IMG/VR virus record: IMGVR_UViG_3300037422_000298
DNA length: 64,000 bases
Strand: one strand, 5' to 3'
Origin: a virus
Taxonomy: Duplodnaviria > Caudoviricetes
Shown here: positions 45,822-56,952 of the stretch, piece by piece
Numbering within the stretch: position 1 is the first letter of the stretch
How the letters are laid out: each line of letters begins with the position of its first letter
Translations under genes and position numbers: made by a program
The notes under the pieces: model-generated
Told to the model about the DNA's origin: nothing
The model's input: the letters and a program-made list of their open reading frames with translations, nothing else
The model's database searches: none

Positions 45822-46451
45822 TTAGGGGTAACTGGCGATCGCGCTCCAGTCGCTGACGCCGTCCGAGACGAGAAAGTTGACCGCATAGGAGGTGTCTGAG
45901 ACGTTGATGACGAGATCGGTCCCGCCGTTCAAGGTGTCGCCGCCTCCTGGGGTGACTAGATAGCCGAACGATCCGCCGCCGATCTTCGCGATGTAGACGC
46001 CGACCCAGCCGCCGTTCGGGACGGAGTTGGCGGGAGGTAGCGTCACGGTGGGTTGTGTAAACGGGACGTCTTGGACCTGATTGATCATGAAGGCCGTCGC
46101 CGTGAAGTCGCCGAGGATGTTCGCAGTCCGCGGAAACAGGACGGCTCCACCACCGCCACCGCTCGCGATCACGAACGGTACGAGCCCGACGAGGTTACTG
46201 GGCGGCGTGACGCTTTCGATCGTGTGCCAGTGCTCGACGTAGACGTTGACGGCACCGCTCGCTGCGTCCGCAGTGCGTGTCGCCGTCACGTTCACGGCAT
46301 CGGCCGTGACCGTGAAGCCTGATGCGTTTGCAGCCACGAGCTGCGGGATCACTGGTTGACCGTTGACGTTCAGACCGTGTGCCAGGCTTACCGGAACGCC
46401 GACGGCAAGCCCGGCAAACGCGACAACATTCTTGAGTGTGGTGCGCGGCAT
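45822..46451 (-). CDS. Putative virion spike/adaptor: HTIE-family N-domain plus fibre-like beta domain
   Basis: WHTIES; C-terminal TVTLPPANSV..GDTLNG..LVSDGVSDW; palindrome 46467-46484 plus TAGAAT. Confidence 0.75.
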   Translation of the reverse strand: MPRTTLKNVVAFAGLAVGVPVSLAHGLNVNGQPVIPQLVAANASGFTVTADAVNVTATRTADAASGAVNVYVEHWHTIESVTPPSNLVGLVPFVIASGGGGGAVLFPRTANILGDFTATAFMINQVQDVPFTQPTVTLPPANSVPNGGWVGVYIAKIGGGSFGYLVTPGGGDTLNGGTDLVINVSDTSYAVNFLVSDGVSDWSAIASYP

Positions 46452-46484
46452 ATATACATTCTACGTCGATCGCAGCAGCGATCG

Positions 46485-46751
46485 CTACTCGACGCGTTTG
46501 AAGCGCGGCACGAGTGTATCGTTCTGCGCAGCCTGTCCACAGAAGACATCGAGGTGTCGCGTCCAGACAAGCGCGTATTCATCTTCGGCGTCGCGGTAGT
46601 GCACCATCGGTTCGAGGTCGGCTTCGAAGAGGCTGACGGCGATCACGAGGTAGACGTTCTGTGTCTTGTAGTGCCGATAGCGTTGACCGGGCAACACACC
46701 GCTCGCAGCGATCCTCGCGATCGACGCATCCTTCGCAGTGTCGTCGTGCAT
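46485..46751 (-). CDS. DUF1653-like protein
   Basis: YRHYK..YLVI..EPMVHY..WTR..F. Confidence 0.7.
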   Translation of the reverse strand: MHDDTAKDASIARIAASGVLPGQRYRHYKTQNVYLVIAVSLFEADLEPMVHYRDAEDEYALVWTRHLDVFCGQAAQNDTLVPRFKRVE

Positions 46752-47049
46752 CAGAGATCCTCCCCGAGCTTGCGCATCTCGTCGATCAACCATTGTCCGC
46801 AGGCTTCTTCGCTCGGCGGCTCGGCGTTCCGACGAAACCTCGACAGCGGTTGGCCGTGCGCCGCGAGCCACATCTCGCTGGGGCACAAACCGCCACGTTG
46901 CGCGAGCCGTTCGAGCGTTTGACTGTGGTTGGCTTCCGCCTGTTCGCGAAACGTTTCGACGAACGACCACGGCACGTCGCGCGGCCACTTCTCACGCAGC
47001 TCGCGCGCGGCCCGACTTTGGCCTCTGATCACCGGAAATCGCGCTGCGC

Positions 47050-48305
47050 TCACAGCCCCGCTAGTGTATCGAGGTCCGCGAGAAGCGAATACGCGAATTC
47101 GTACTCGGCAGCTGCCCATGCCGCTTCGAACGCAGGTCGTAGGTTCGCGTCCAGCTCGGGTGACAGCTCCTTGCCCTTGAGCGCGTCCTTCACGCGCCAG
47201 TGGAACATCCGTCCGGTGATCTCTTCTGTCGGCTTACCCGCGTTCGCGAGCGCGATGCTGATACGGTGCAGGACGCCGCCGCCCGCGCCGTCGAGCATGC
47301 CGACCGTCGGGTTGCTTGTTGCGTGCTTGCGCAAAAACTCGCAGGCTTCTCGCGCGGCGAGACCGACGGGGTCCCAACGCGCGCATTCATCAGAAGACAG
47401 CTTCGTAGTTACACGAAGAGCTGCTGCAGCGCGGTTCGTGCTCGCGACCGCACGCTTGCCGACCTCGGTCGCGTACCAGTACAGCCGCGTCATCGGATGA
47501 TCGTTGTACGTACCGAAGTCCTTCGGAACGTCGATCGGTTCATCGTTGACGTACGACTGGACAAGCCCGACGACGTGATTGATCTCGAAGCGTGCTTCAG
47601 TGACTTCCGGCGGGTCGATCAGCACGCGCGTATCGCCGAGCACGCGATACGAATCGCCGTCGACGGGGACCTCGGCTCTGTTGTGCTTGTCGAGAGCGTC
47701 GACGCGGGGATCGTCTGAGTTGACCCATACAGGCGCGGGCGTCGCCCACCGAATCAGCTCGCACGCGAGCGCGGCGGCGTTCTTGGCTTCATGCCACGGC
47801 CAACCGAGCGAGAACTTTTCGAGCGAGATCAGCTGGACGCGATTGAGCCGCGGCGCATCTTCGTCGGTCGCTACAGACAACCGCGGACGCCGAATTCGCG
47901 CCACTACTCGTTCGCTTTCTCGGCCTCGATCGCACGCATCGCGTAGTCCATCGCCTCGCGTGCATCACCGCCGGGCGGTACGAGACAGATGAAGTCGTCG
48001 AAGAAATCGACGTCGTTGACCTCGCCGAGTTCGTCCGCGACCATCGGGCGCGTCGCACGCAATGGTGGCCCCTGGACGTCTTGAATCACTTCGACGAGCG
48101 CGAAGCACGCGAGCCCGAGCGTGCGCGTCGCTGCGTTGCTGTTGACCGTTGGGTCGCGGAACACGGCGCGCCAGCCATCGGCAGGTGTGATTTGGAGAAT
48201 GACGAACGGCGGGATTTCATCATCCGCGTCGGCCGCGTCTGCGCTTGCGTTCGGGTTGCCGTCATCGTCACCGATGCCGAACATGTCTTTGTCTTTCTTT
48301 GCCAT
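47050..48305 (-). CDS. Two coupled hypothetical proteins (47904-48305, 47050-47904)
   Basis: Stop/start overlap; 47904-48305 resembles 62169-62438 (GWxAVF..IACxxL). Confidence 0.6.
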
Positions 48306-49190
48306 CGTAGTCTCGCTTTCTAGCGCGTCCGCCTGGCGATCTCAACCATTTAGCCACTGAGGATCGCGCAGGTTGCGGTACGCCGACACCGTTTGAAGTG
48401 CTTGTAGCGTTCGGGGCCCGACTTGACCGTCGACTTCGAGATTGCGGATGATGGATCCTCCGAGTTTGGCGCGTGCGACCGCACCCCGATTTGCGATCCA
48501 GTCGAGCGACGCGTTGAGACGCCTCTGCAGATTTTCGACGCCTGTCCGCAGCGCGCCTTCTGACAACCAACGCTGCAACTTGCCGAGTGCTACCCAGCGT
48601 GCAAACGCTTCGGTGCAGTCCTCGCACGTCGAGATCTTCACGGAGCCGTCGACGGCCTCGAAGACAACATCGGGACGGCGCCACGGCATCGGCCCGTCGT
48701 AGACGTCGTCCCACGATGCTGCGCAACCGATGCAGATCTGGTCGAGCAGCCCCACGCGCTGCGCGATCTCGATCGCGACTTCGTAGTGGCCTGCCAGGCT
48801 GGCCGCTTGAATCGCGGCGCGCACGTTCTCGCGTTCGCCGTTCACTCGACGTCTCCCTGTGCTTCGCACTGGACCCACATCGAGCCGAAATCGCCGTAGC
48901 GCTCTCGAATCGACGCACCTACGGTGATCGCAGGGCCTGCACGCCAGTCGGGATTGTCTGTCGCACGCCAGCATTCATCGCACAGACGCACAACGCCATC
49001 GGAGTGGTAACGAAATTCGTAGAGCCCGAGCGAGCGAAACGACTGCACGCAGCGAAAGCAGATGTGGTGTGGCGCCGCCGCGTCGAGGTACTTCTCGATC
49101 AGCTCGCGTACGAACGTGTAGTCTCGCGCGAGCCAAGCCGCCTGCACGGCAGCACGAACGTCGTCGACCGTCGTGTCGTCAGGGAGTGGT

Positions 49191-49547
49191 TCACGTCCGG
49201 GCACGGTACTGCTCCCAGTTTACGGGAAGCTCGCAGTTCGCGGGAGCCTCCGCGAACATCGGGCCGATCTGATCGTCACGATAACCTGCGAGTCCGCAGC
49301 CGACGCGCGTAACTTGGTAGATCGTCTCCGGCGTATCGCGCGCAAACTCGATGAACTTGTCGACGGACGCTTTGATCTCGTCGAGCGTTCGCGGCTTCAG
49401 CTCACGGTCTTTTGTCGGGATGCCGTACGAGTAGCCCTGCAAACCTTCGCCGCAGCCATAGATCGCGCCGTACTTGCGGCGCGCTTCGAGGGCGGCGCCC
49501 GCCCCATGGCGACCGGCGAGGTTCGAGCCGAAAACAAAAATCTTCAC
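49191..49547 (-). CDS. Phage macro-like protein (IFVFGSN..HGAGAA family)
   Basis: IFVFGSNLAGRHGAGAA, YGIPTK, TRVGCGLAG. Confidence 0.7.
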   Translation of the reverse strand: MKIFVFGSNLAGRHGAGAALEARRKYGAIYGCGEGLQGYSYGIPTKDRELKPRTLDEIKASVDKFIEFARDTPETIYQVTRVGCGLAGYRDDQIGPMFAEAPANCELPVNWEQYRART

Positions 49548-49856
49548 GGCTTCGCGCGTTCCGCGGCATGTTTTGCGTGCAGCGTCGACAACTTCGTCAC
49601 GAGCGCCGTTGTTTCTTCGACGTGATGTGCGCGCAGGTCTTTGTACGCGAGCCGAAGCTCGTCGATCGTCGCAAGCTCAACGGCATCGTCGCCCATCTCG
49701 TGAAAGCGCTTGAGCTGCGCCGGACGATAGCCGTCGCAGCCGTGACAGTTCAACTTGCCCGCAACGCACGGACCGCCACGATGCGCGTGCTTCTGGCAGC
49801 CACACGCACACGTTGGATGCTCGGGACAGTAATCGCCCTCTTGGAAGCAGGTGCAG

Positions 49857-50999
49857 TTAGTCATTTAGCCTCGGTGGCGGTATCGTCGGTCGGTAAGGGT
49901 TCACGGAAGTCATGGACAAACGTTCTTCAGCGATCAGTGCAATCATAGTTCGTCGGAGCGAGCCGCGTAGAAACCTTATTGCGAGTCCAGCTTCGGCATG
50001 ATTCTTCTCAACCCATGCAAGCAGTCGCTCCGCGCCATAGGCGACTACAAGTACTTCGGGTCCCGGTTTTTTCGGAAACTGTGTACGAACATCGTACAGT
50101 GTGTCTAGCGGGATAGCTAAAAGCCGACTCCACTGCGGTAAGGAAAATGTGTATGCACCATTATGGGCATACTTACAACGAGACGGAACATTCAGTTTTA
50201 TTAGCGGTATTGCTGTACTGCGTCGAGCTTTGGGCGTCTGCCAAACGCAATTGGTTAATTCGAAGTCGCGATCCTGATCAATACGGCCGAGGGTACATCC
50301 CTTGGGACGCTCACCCATGTCTCTGTAGAAATTCTCAAACCGCCTCCAGCGCGTACAAATATCGATTCCACGCGCACCTAAACGTCCCCATAGAGGAGAA
50401 GAAATGGTCGTACAGCCACGGAACACATTCTGCCACTCTCGATAGCTGGCTGCCTTAGGCGCGAAGTGGATATCACAACTGGTCGCCTCCTTAATCAGTT
50501 TTAGGCCGTGGATTACAGGGAACGCCTCAAAGAATTCACAGCATCCCATAAAACGGTATGAACTATCTATCTGTACTCTGTGATTGGTGAAGGCATGATG
50601 AAGTGCGCTTTCAGAAAATCTGCCGCCACGAAAAATGGCCAATAACACGCCGGACGTAACAACCGTTGGAGCAATGCCAGGTAGCTTGAAATTTCTCTTG
50701 CGCGATGAATAAGCCTTTCCGTGAAGAGCCGCACGATTTAAGTCGTACATGAGCCTCAAACAACGCGCAGTAGGATCTGGTGAGTGTCCGATCTTCGCCA
50801 ACCACTGACCGTTTACCCACACCAGAAATAGGTAGCAGTACCAGGACTTCTTAGACGATTTGTTGACTAACGGTTTGAATACCTTTTTACCTATGGTCGA
50901 TTCATACGTTGTGAACTTTGCTTGTAGGCTGACTGGTGGAAGATTGACCCTGTTCTCTAACACCCTACGTACGGAACGGGCATCAAAATCATCGTTCAT
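49857..50999 (-). CDS. T5orf172/GIY-YIG-like plus degenerate HNH endonuclease, low-GC
   Basis: KIGHS.DP..R, ESALHHAF..EFF; GARGIDIC..FYRDMGERP..TLGRID; visibly more AT-rich than flanks. Confidence 0.65.
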   Translation of the reverse strand: MNDDFDARSVRRVLENRVNLPPVSLQAKFTTYESTIGKKVFKPLVNKSSKKSWYCYLFLVWVNGQWLAKIGHSPDPTARCLRLMYDLNRAALHGKAYSSRKRNFKLPGIAPTVVTSGVLLAIFRGGRFSESALHHAFTNHRVQIDSSYRFMGCCEFFEAFPVIHGLKLIKEATSCDIHFAPKAASYREWQNVFRGCTTISSPLWGRLGARGIDICTRWRRFENFYRDMGERPKGCTLGRIDQDRDFELTNCVWQTPKARRSTAIPLIKLNVPSRCKYAHNGAYTFSLPQWSRLLAIPLDTLYDVRTQFPKKPGPEVLVVAYGAERLLAWVEKNHAEAGLAIRFLRGSLRRTMIALIAEERLSMTSVNPYRPTIPPPRLND

Positions 51000-51529
51000 G
51001 AAACTCCCATCAGCTCGGCGTACGAGAAACGATCCCCGAGCGCCTCCTGCACCGTCGTCATCTCTTCGGACAAGCGCAGGAGCAGCTGGTTGTACAGATA
51101 CACGTAGCGCGGGACGGCGATCTTGCCCTCGACGAACTGCTTGCCGACTTCCGTGATCCGGTAGCGCCCGACACGATCAGATCCGTCATCGCGTTCGCCC
51201 GGTGCGCGTTCGAGCAGTCCCCAATAGCGTAGCTTCACGACGTCACCACCCGCGATCGAGCTATCACGCTTGACCTTCACCAAGAACGCTGCGACGTGCA
51301 GCCACGTGTGGTGCGGGTTCTGCTTGAAGTGCTGGTAGATCATCACGAGCGCGAGAGCCATCGTGCTGTTCAACTTGCGCTTGTAGACCTTGCAGAGCTG
51401 ACCGCATGCCGGGCACGTGACACCGTCGCGCAGGTTCTGCTGCACGAAGGCCTTCGCGTCTTCGAGGCTGGTGCCTGCGAAGACGGGAGCGTGTTCGTGA
51501 AGCTCTTCGTCGGTGTCCGTGTCCATCAA
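50996..51529 (-). CDS. Zn-ribbon plus winged-helix protein
   Basis: CPACGQ; LRYWGLLE..YRITEVGKQF. Confidence 0.65.
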   Translation of the reverse strand: MMDTDTDEELHEHAPVFAGTSLEDAKAFVQQNLRDGVTCPACGQLCKVYKRKLNSTMALALVMIYQHFKQNPHHTWLHVAAFLVKVKRDSSIAGGDVVKLRYWGLLERAPGERDDGSDRVGRYRITEVGKQFVEGKIAVPRYVYLYNQLLLRLSEEMTTVQEALGDRFSYAELMGVS

Positions 51530-52225
51530 TCACCTTACCTGGTAGCACCAACCCTCGACGACCAAGATCGCCAGCGTCGGATCCTCGTCCCTCTGACGAA
51601 ACAACTTCGTGTGTAGTTCAGCGTTCGGCGGCAGCCACCAGAAGCACGGCATCGCTTCGGCAGCCAACGCCCACAACTTGCCCCGATGCACGATGCGATT
51701 TGCATAGACGTCCGTGACCTCGACGTCTGTTGCATGTGGGATTTTTCCAATCGTGCGTCCCCACATCGTCGTGACGAGCCACGCTTGGTCGCCAAGCACG
51801 CGTAACGGCCAGCGGTCGTCCTTGGCGGCGTCGCCTGCTAGCTCGAACGACTTCGTTTCGCTGACCGTCCGCAGCTGATGAATGTCGAACTGGCTTGGGT
51901 TCGGCGCCATCGCACGTAGCAACGCGAACGGGACCGAGAATGGCGTCACGCGCTCGCGTGGTCGTACGCGTTCCAGCTCGCGCGGCAGCGGCTTCTCGCC
52001 GATCAGGTGATGCACGCAGAAGTCGCGCAACGCCTCGACGGATCGCCACGGCCCGACGGCCGACGAGAGCACCGCTTCGGCTGCTTCGAGGAACTTGTGG
52101 TCGTCCATCGTGCGCTTGACGAGCAACGTCGTGTCGAGCTGACCGAAGTCGCGAATGAACTCCAGCAGGTCGACGACAACCTGTCGACGCTCAGTGAGGT
52201 TCATGGGCGACCGATCGATTCTCAC
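51530..52225 (-). CDS. Hypothetical protein
   Basis: 231-aa ORF in the minus-strand gene run. Confidence 0.55.
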   Translation of the reverse strand: MRIDRSPMNLTERRQVVVDLLEFIRDFGQLDTTLLVKRTMDDHKFLEAAEAVLSSAVGPWRSVEALRDFCVHHLIGEKPLPRELERVRPRERVTPFSVPFALLRAMAPNPSQFDIHQLRTVSETKSFELAGDAAKDDRWPLRVLGDQAWLVTTMWGRTIGKIPHATDVEVTDVYANRIVHRGKLWALAAEAMPCFWWLPPNAELHTKLFRQRDEDPTLAILVVEGWCYQVR

Positions 52226-52828
52226 GGCTCCGCAACCTCTTCGTCTTCGCCCTCGTGCAACATGCCAACCAACGTCTCGATCAGCGTCTCGCGGATCTCG
52301 TGGCTGCAGTCGTCACAGCTTCGCGCGTGATGCCAGTCGACCTTGCCTTCGCTGTTCTCCTCGACCATGTTCCTGAACGGCTCACCGATTGGCGACGCCA
52401 AGAACGCTTCGATGGCCGTATCCGAGTCGTGCTCGTCGCGCGCTACCAGGTGCACACCGAAGCAAACCTCAGCGCAGAACAGGCGACTGCAGATCGGACA
52501 GATGATGCCATCGACGCCTTCGCGGCACATGGCGCAGACGTTCTCCAATACGACACCGCCACCGGGAAGCTCGTAGCGAACACGCTGTGGCTGCTTGATG
52601 CTCATCGTTGACGCTCCAGGAATGCTTGGCAGGCAGCCACGCGCGCATCAGTCCGCAGGTGGCGAAACTCGGTGATCGCTTTGCGATGGTGATACGGCGC
52701 CTCTTCCGACGAGAGTGCTTCGCACGTCATCGCTTCCGCAAACCGTTTCGCGTTCAGGTAGCCAGGGTCATGCTGGTCGTAGACCCACACGAGCAACGCC
52801 TCCCGGCGCTTCTGTTTCGCGGTCTTTC

Positions 52829-53329
52829 TCATCGCATACCCGTTGCTGCGCGAAGCGCGAGGAACTCGTTCGGGTTGATCCGACGCTTCTCGCGCTTGAT
52901 GCGGTCAGCGTAGTTGACGGTGTTCGCTGTGCCGCCAGGCGAGCCGTCGAAGACGGCGATCAGGACGTTGATGTGGTCGACGATCCATTCGTTCCTGGCC
53001 TGCATCTTCCAGTTCTCGTAGATGCCGTCGTTGACGATGACGATCTCGCGCGCCTGTTTGATCAGCCGTTGGTATTTCTCTTGGGATTCGGGCGGCCACG
53101 CCTTGGCCTGTCCCGGAAACGGAACTGCCGCGATGAACGGGATGTTCAGCTCGACGCAGGCTTCTGCAGTCCACTGATCGACGCCGAGCGCCATGCCGGT
53201 GATCAAGTAGAGCGGCTGCAGCTCGCGCAGGACGTTTCGAAGCTCCATCTTGATCCACAGCGCGAGCGGATCCGTACCCTCGTAGTTGCCACACTTCGGC
53301 GGCCGGTGGCCCGTGACTCCGACGATCAT
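52829..53329 (-). CDS. SLOG superfamily (YspA/DUF1273-like) protein
   Basis: GVTGHRP, ITGMALGVDQW, RNEWIVD, DGSPGGTANTV. Confidence 0.85.
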   Translation of the reverse strand: MIVGVTGHRPPKCGNYEGTDPLALWIKMELRNVLRELQPLYLITGMALGVDQWTAEACVELNIPFIAAVPFPGQAKAWPPESQEKYQRLIKQAREIVIVNDGIYENWKMQARNEWIVDHINVLIAVFDGSPGGTANTVNYADRIKREKRRINPNEFLALRAATGMR

Positions 53330-54384
53330 TCGGGTCTCCCGCTCTTCGTGATGCAGTTCGCGAGGTCATCGCGTCCGATCGCGCGCAGCAGTAGCTCCGT
53401 CGCGAAGTCGGCGTGCTCGCCGGTTTCGTAGACGGCTTCGAACGCCAGCTTGACGTTGTCGTCGCCGGGGATGTCCTCGAACTTGATCACTTGATGGCTC
53501 GGTGGATGGTTGAACTGGATCTGCGCTTCACGGCGATGCAGGTCGACAGCGACGGCGAACTTTCCCCACTCGGTGTGAACGAACCTGCGTTTGCCGTCAA
53601 CGTGCCACCAGTTCGTGATGTCGCCGTTGGCTTCGAGCCAGCAGAAGCGAATGCTCACGGAGCGACTCCCTGACGTCGCCATGCGACAAGCACGGCTTCG
53701 ATCGCAGCAAGAATGTTGTCGGCACCTGCGCCGTGGGCTGCGCCCTCGATCAGTTCGTAGACCTTGTCGAGCGTATGCACGTCGAACGTGCTCGCAGCCT
53801 TCCTGCGGCCGATCTGATCGGGATACCCCCACGTGCCGGTCTTGGGCCTGCACGCTGTCGAGCAGTAGACGATCGTCGTCGCGCGCCCACGTGCGTAAAG
53901 TAACCAGTCCTTGGGCAGGTCCCACCACAACTCGACACCGTCGCGCGCAGACACCTCTGCCGACGCGTTTGCGGTCTTGCCACAACCGTCGCAGACGACG
54001 AAGCCTCGCACGAACGCGGGCACTAGCGACGCTTCCTCCGCCGACCGACGCGGCGGTGAACACGGTCGATCTTCCGGCCGCGAGCCTGACGCTTCCGAAC
54101 GACCGTCGCGCTTACATAACCCTCGTCTGGCGCCTTCGCGAGTGCTCTCGCGAGAGGGCACTTGCGATACTCCTTGCACTGACAGTACGCGACCCAGACC
54201 GTCGCAGAGATCGCGTCTCGTTCACCGGCCGCGATACCGATGAACGCGAGCCCCGGGTCGCCGTTGTCCTTGGCCCAACGACCGTTGCGACGCAGCTGCA
54301 GCGCTTTCGTTCCGACGGACGTCTTGCCGGGACGGCACCGCGGATGTGCCGCATGCTGCGGCCGTGGATGCCGACAAGCGTCCT

Positions 54385-54918
54385 TCATGACTTCACCGTC
54401 GGTACAGGAATCATCGCGCGGATCGCAGCAGCACGTCCCAACTCGCGCGCAGCGGCTTCCATGTGCTGATTGGCTGCATACTCCGTTTCCGCGTAGAGCT
54501 TTTCGAGCTGCTCTGGCGATAGCCGTTGCAGCATCTCTTCGAACACCAGTACAGGCCGCTCGTTTTGCCACACCGCGAAATTGCGCCCAACTTCGAAACC
54601 GTTCGAATCGAGTGTTATGGCGGATCGCATGATCACCTCGGCAGTGAAGCGTCGTCCGAGCAGCACCTCTCGATGAAAGTTGCCGTGATCGTCCAGCTCA
54701 ACGCCCGTCGCCATGACCAATTGCTTGAGCCGCACGCGTGCACCAACAGACGACGCGTTCAGTACGTACCCGCCGAACATGGTGCGACCGGACATTGCTC
54801 CTTCGGAGATCACGCGACCGAGAACTCGCAGCGTCGGGTTCCCTGCGCGGGATTGACCAAATTCGGCACGATCGATTTCGAAGTCGTACGTTCCCGGCTC
54901 TGGTAGCTCGAACGCCAT
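54385..54918 (-). CDS. DUF669-like putative ssDNA-binding protein
   Basis: LPEPGTYDFEI..SRAGNPTL..LKQL..LLGRRF. Confidence 0.6.
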   Translation of the reverse strand: MAFELPEPGTYDFEIDRAEFGQSRAGNPTLRVLGRVISEGAMSGRTMFGGYVLNASSVGARVRLKQLVMATGVELDDHGNFHREVLLGRRFTAEVIMRSAITLDSNGFEVGRNFAVWQNERPVLVFEEMLQRLSPEQLEKLYAETEYAANQHMEAAARELGRAAAIRAMIPVPTVKS

Positions 54919-54920
54919 GA

Positions 54921-55610
54921 CTAGCCCTTCCCTGGCTGCGCCGGAAGCATGCTTTCCAGCTCGGCGATACGTGCTTTGAGCGTCCCGACCTCAGCCAGGA
55001 GCGCACCACGCTGATTCAGCGCCTCGGCGACTTCAGAGTCGAGCGGTACCGTCTGCGAAAGTTGGGCGACCATCGCGAGCAGCTCGTCGCGACGGGTATG
55101 CAGTTGAGCGTTCTCCGTGAGCGCCTCGTGCAGCTCCTTCCCGAGCTTCTTGTTCTCCTCGATCTCGGTCTGCCACGCTGACCGAATCCACGTGACGTCG
55201 GCCTCCGCTCGCGCGATCCGTTCTTGGCATCCAACGTGGAAGTCGACGCCTGTCGTTGTGACGACGTACGGCTGCCAGACGTGTCCACAGCCGTGACAAA
55301 GATGCTTGCGGTGCAGGCGCGTCGTCGCCCACTCGTCTTGATCGACGTGGAGCTTGCCGCACTCGGGACAGAGAATCTCCGTCGGGACCTGCGCGTTGTG
55401 CGCTTTCTCCAAGTCGCCGACGAAGCCGTCGAGCGTCATCGCCGTCTGCTTCTCCTGTTCGCGTGACTGTTCGAGGTTGACTTTGAGCTTCGCGTTCTCG
55501 GCTTGTAGCTCGGCGATGCGGTCCTCGAACCATGGCGTCGCTCCGTTCTCGTACGGACACCCGGGATCGTGACCCTCCAACCAACCAGGACGTTCACAAC
55601 GACAGCTCAT
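54921..55610 (-). CDS. Coiled-coil protein with Zn ribbon
   Basis: CPECGKLH..HLCHGCG between coiled coils. Confidence 0.6.
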   Translation of the reverse strand: MSCRCERPGWLEGHDPGCPYENGATPWFEDRIAELQAENAKLKVNLEQSREQEKQTAMTLDGFVGDLEKAHNAQVPTEILCPECGKLHVDQDEWATTRLHRKHLCHGCGHVWQPYVVTTTGVDFHVGCQERIARAEADVTWIRSAWQTEIEENKKLGKELHEALTENAQLHTRRDELLAMVAQLSQTVPLDSEVAEALNQRGALLAEVGTLKARIAELESMLPAQPGKG

Positions 55611-55881
55611 GGCACCCTCACGACTTCGCGTTGAGTCGCCTGGTACTTGTACCGGCGCGCACTACCGCGTTTGTACTCGACGATGTAGTAGCCCTTGTAG
55701 AACCGCGGCCCGACGGCGTCGTAGAACGCATCTGTACGCGTCTTGTGAACGTCGAACAGCTTGCCTTTGGCGTCGAGCAAGTAGAAGACGCTCGACGGCG
55801 CGCCTTTAGGCGCGTTGCGAACGGTACGACTGCGCCGCGAAGTTGCCTTCTTCACCTTCTTCGTCTTCTTCGTCTTCTGCG

Positions 55882-56562
55882 TCATCCTGCTAGCTCCTGG
55901 ATCTTGGTCAGCGTTTCTTCGATCCATGGCATGCCGTTGTACCAACCGTCGAGCACGGTACCGTCCTTGTCGGTCAAGACGACTGCCGCGACCCGACCGA
56001 CGTTGTAGATCTCGCGGATAGTCATCGCCTTGAGCCGCTTGGTTTGGTCGTTCTCGTCTGCGACCCACGTCGCGATGCCGCGATCCTTGAGCTTGCCGAC
56101 GAACGTATTGATTTCGCCGGTCACGCCCGTCTCATCGCTACTGAGCGGTGGAAACACGATCACGAACACCTGACGCTTCGACGGCACCTCCGGTTCGTCT
56201 TCGTACCCGCCGTCTTCATCGATGCAGAAGTCTTCCTCGGCTTCGGCGATCGCGTCGTTGCACTCTTCGACCAGCACTGCGTATCCAGCAACGCGCTCCT
56301 CGACGATTTCTGTCATTTGACGGAGCCGCCGACACAACGCAGCGATCTGTTCTGTTGCGTGAACGCGCAGTTCCTGAAGCCGCACCGTCTCGGGCGGCGG
56401 CTCTAGGCATACTTCGACCGTGAAACTGTTCGCGACGATCGCTCCCGCGAGACGCGCTTCGCGCGGTCCGTACAGGTTCTGCTTGATCTGCTCCTGTGCC
56501 GGTCGCGAATAGAACGCGAGAACTTCTTTCGCCTCGCGCAGGATGTTTGGGTCGAGCGGCAT
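55882..56562 (-). CDS. Hypothetical protein, possible thioredoxin-like C-terminus
   Basis: 226-aa ORF. Confidence 0.5.
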   Translation of the reverse strand: MPLDPNILREAKEVLAFYSRPAQEQIKQNLYGPREARLAGAIVANSFTVEVCLEPPPETVRLQELRVHATEQIAALCRRLRQMTEIVEERVAGYAVLVEECNDAIAEAEEDFCIDEDGGYEDEPEVPSKRQVFVIVFPPLSSDETGVTGEINTFVGKLKDRGIATWVADENDQTKRLKAMTIREIYNVGRVAAVVLTDKDGTVLDGWYNGMPWIEETLTKIQELAG

Positions 56563-56568
56563 GACGTC

Positions 56569-56952
56569 TCAGGCGCAGAGCGCCAGCACCTTCTCGGGGA
56601 TTTCAATGGGCGGTTCCTCGCCGAGCCACGTCAAGTCGAAGATACGAAGTTGCGCCTCGATGGCTGTAATCGACTCGCCTTGCATGCCGTTGGACACACG
56701 ACCGCCGACCATCCAGAATTCGCGAGGCCCGCCACTCCTGATGATCGCCTTGTTCATCTCCATGCCGTGCGCGCGATGCTCTGGGTTGAAGTCGTCGAGG
56801 ACGTCGCAGGTGATCAACCAGTCAGCGATCACGGCGACGTTCGGAAAGTTGTCGTAGACCCAACGAATCCAACGTCGGGCTCGTGCCTTGTTGGCTTCGA
56901 CGCCCTCCGGCGTTGGACTGCCCAAAGGGTGGGCGAGATAAATCACGCGCAT
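56569..56952 (-). CDS. Nucleoside deoxyribosyltransferase-like / DUF4406-like protein
   Basis: IYLAHPL..SNGMQGE..A. Confidence 0.55.
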   Translation of the reverse strand: MRVIYLAHPLGSPTPEGVEANKARARRWIRWVYDNFPNVAVIADWLITCDVLDDFNPEHRAHGMEMNKAIIRSGGPREFWMVGGRVSNGMQGESITAIEAQLRIFDLTWLGEEPPIEIPEKVLALCA

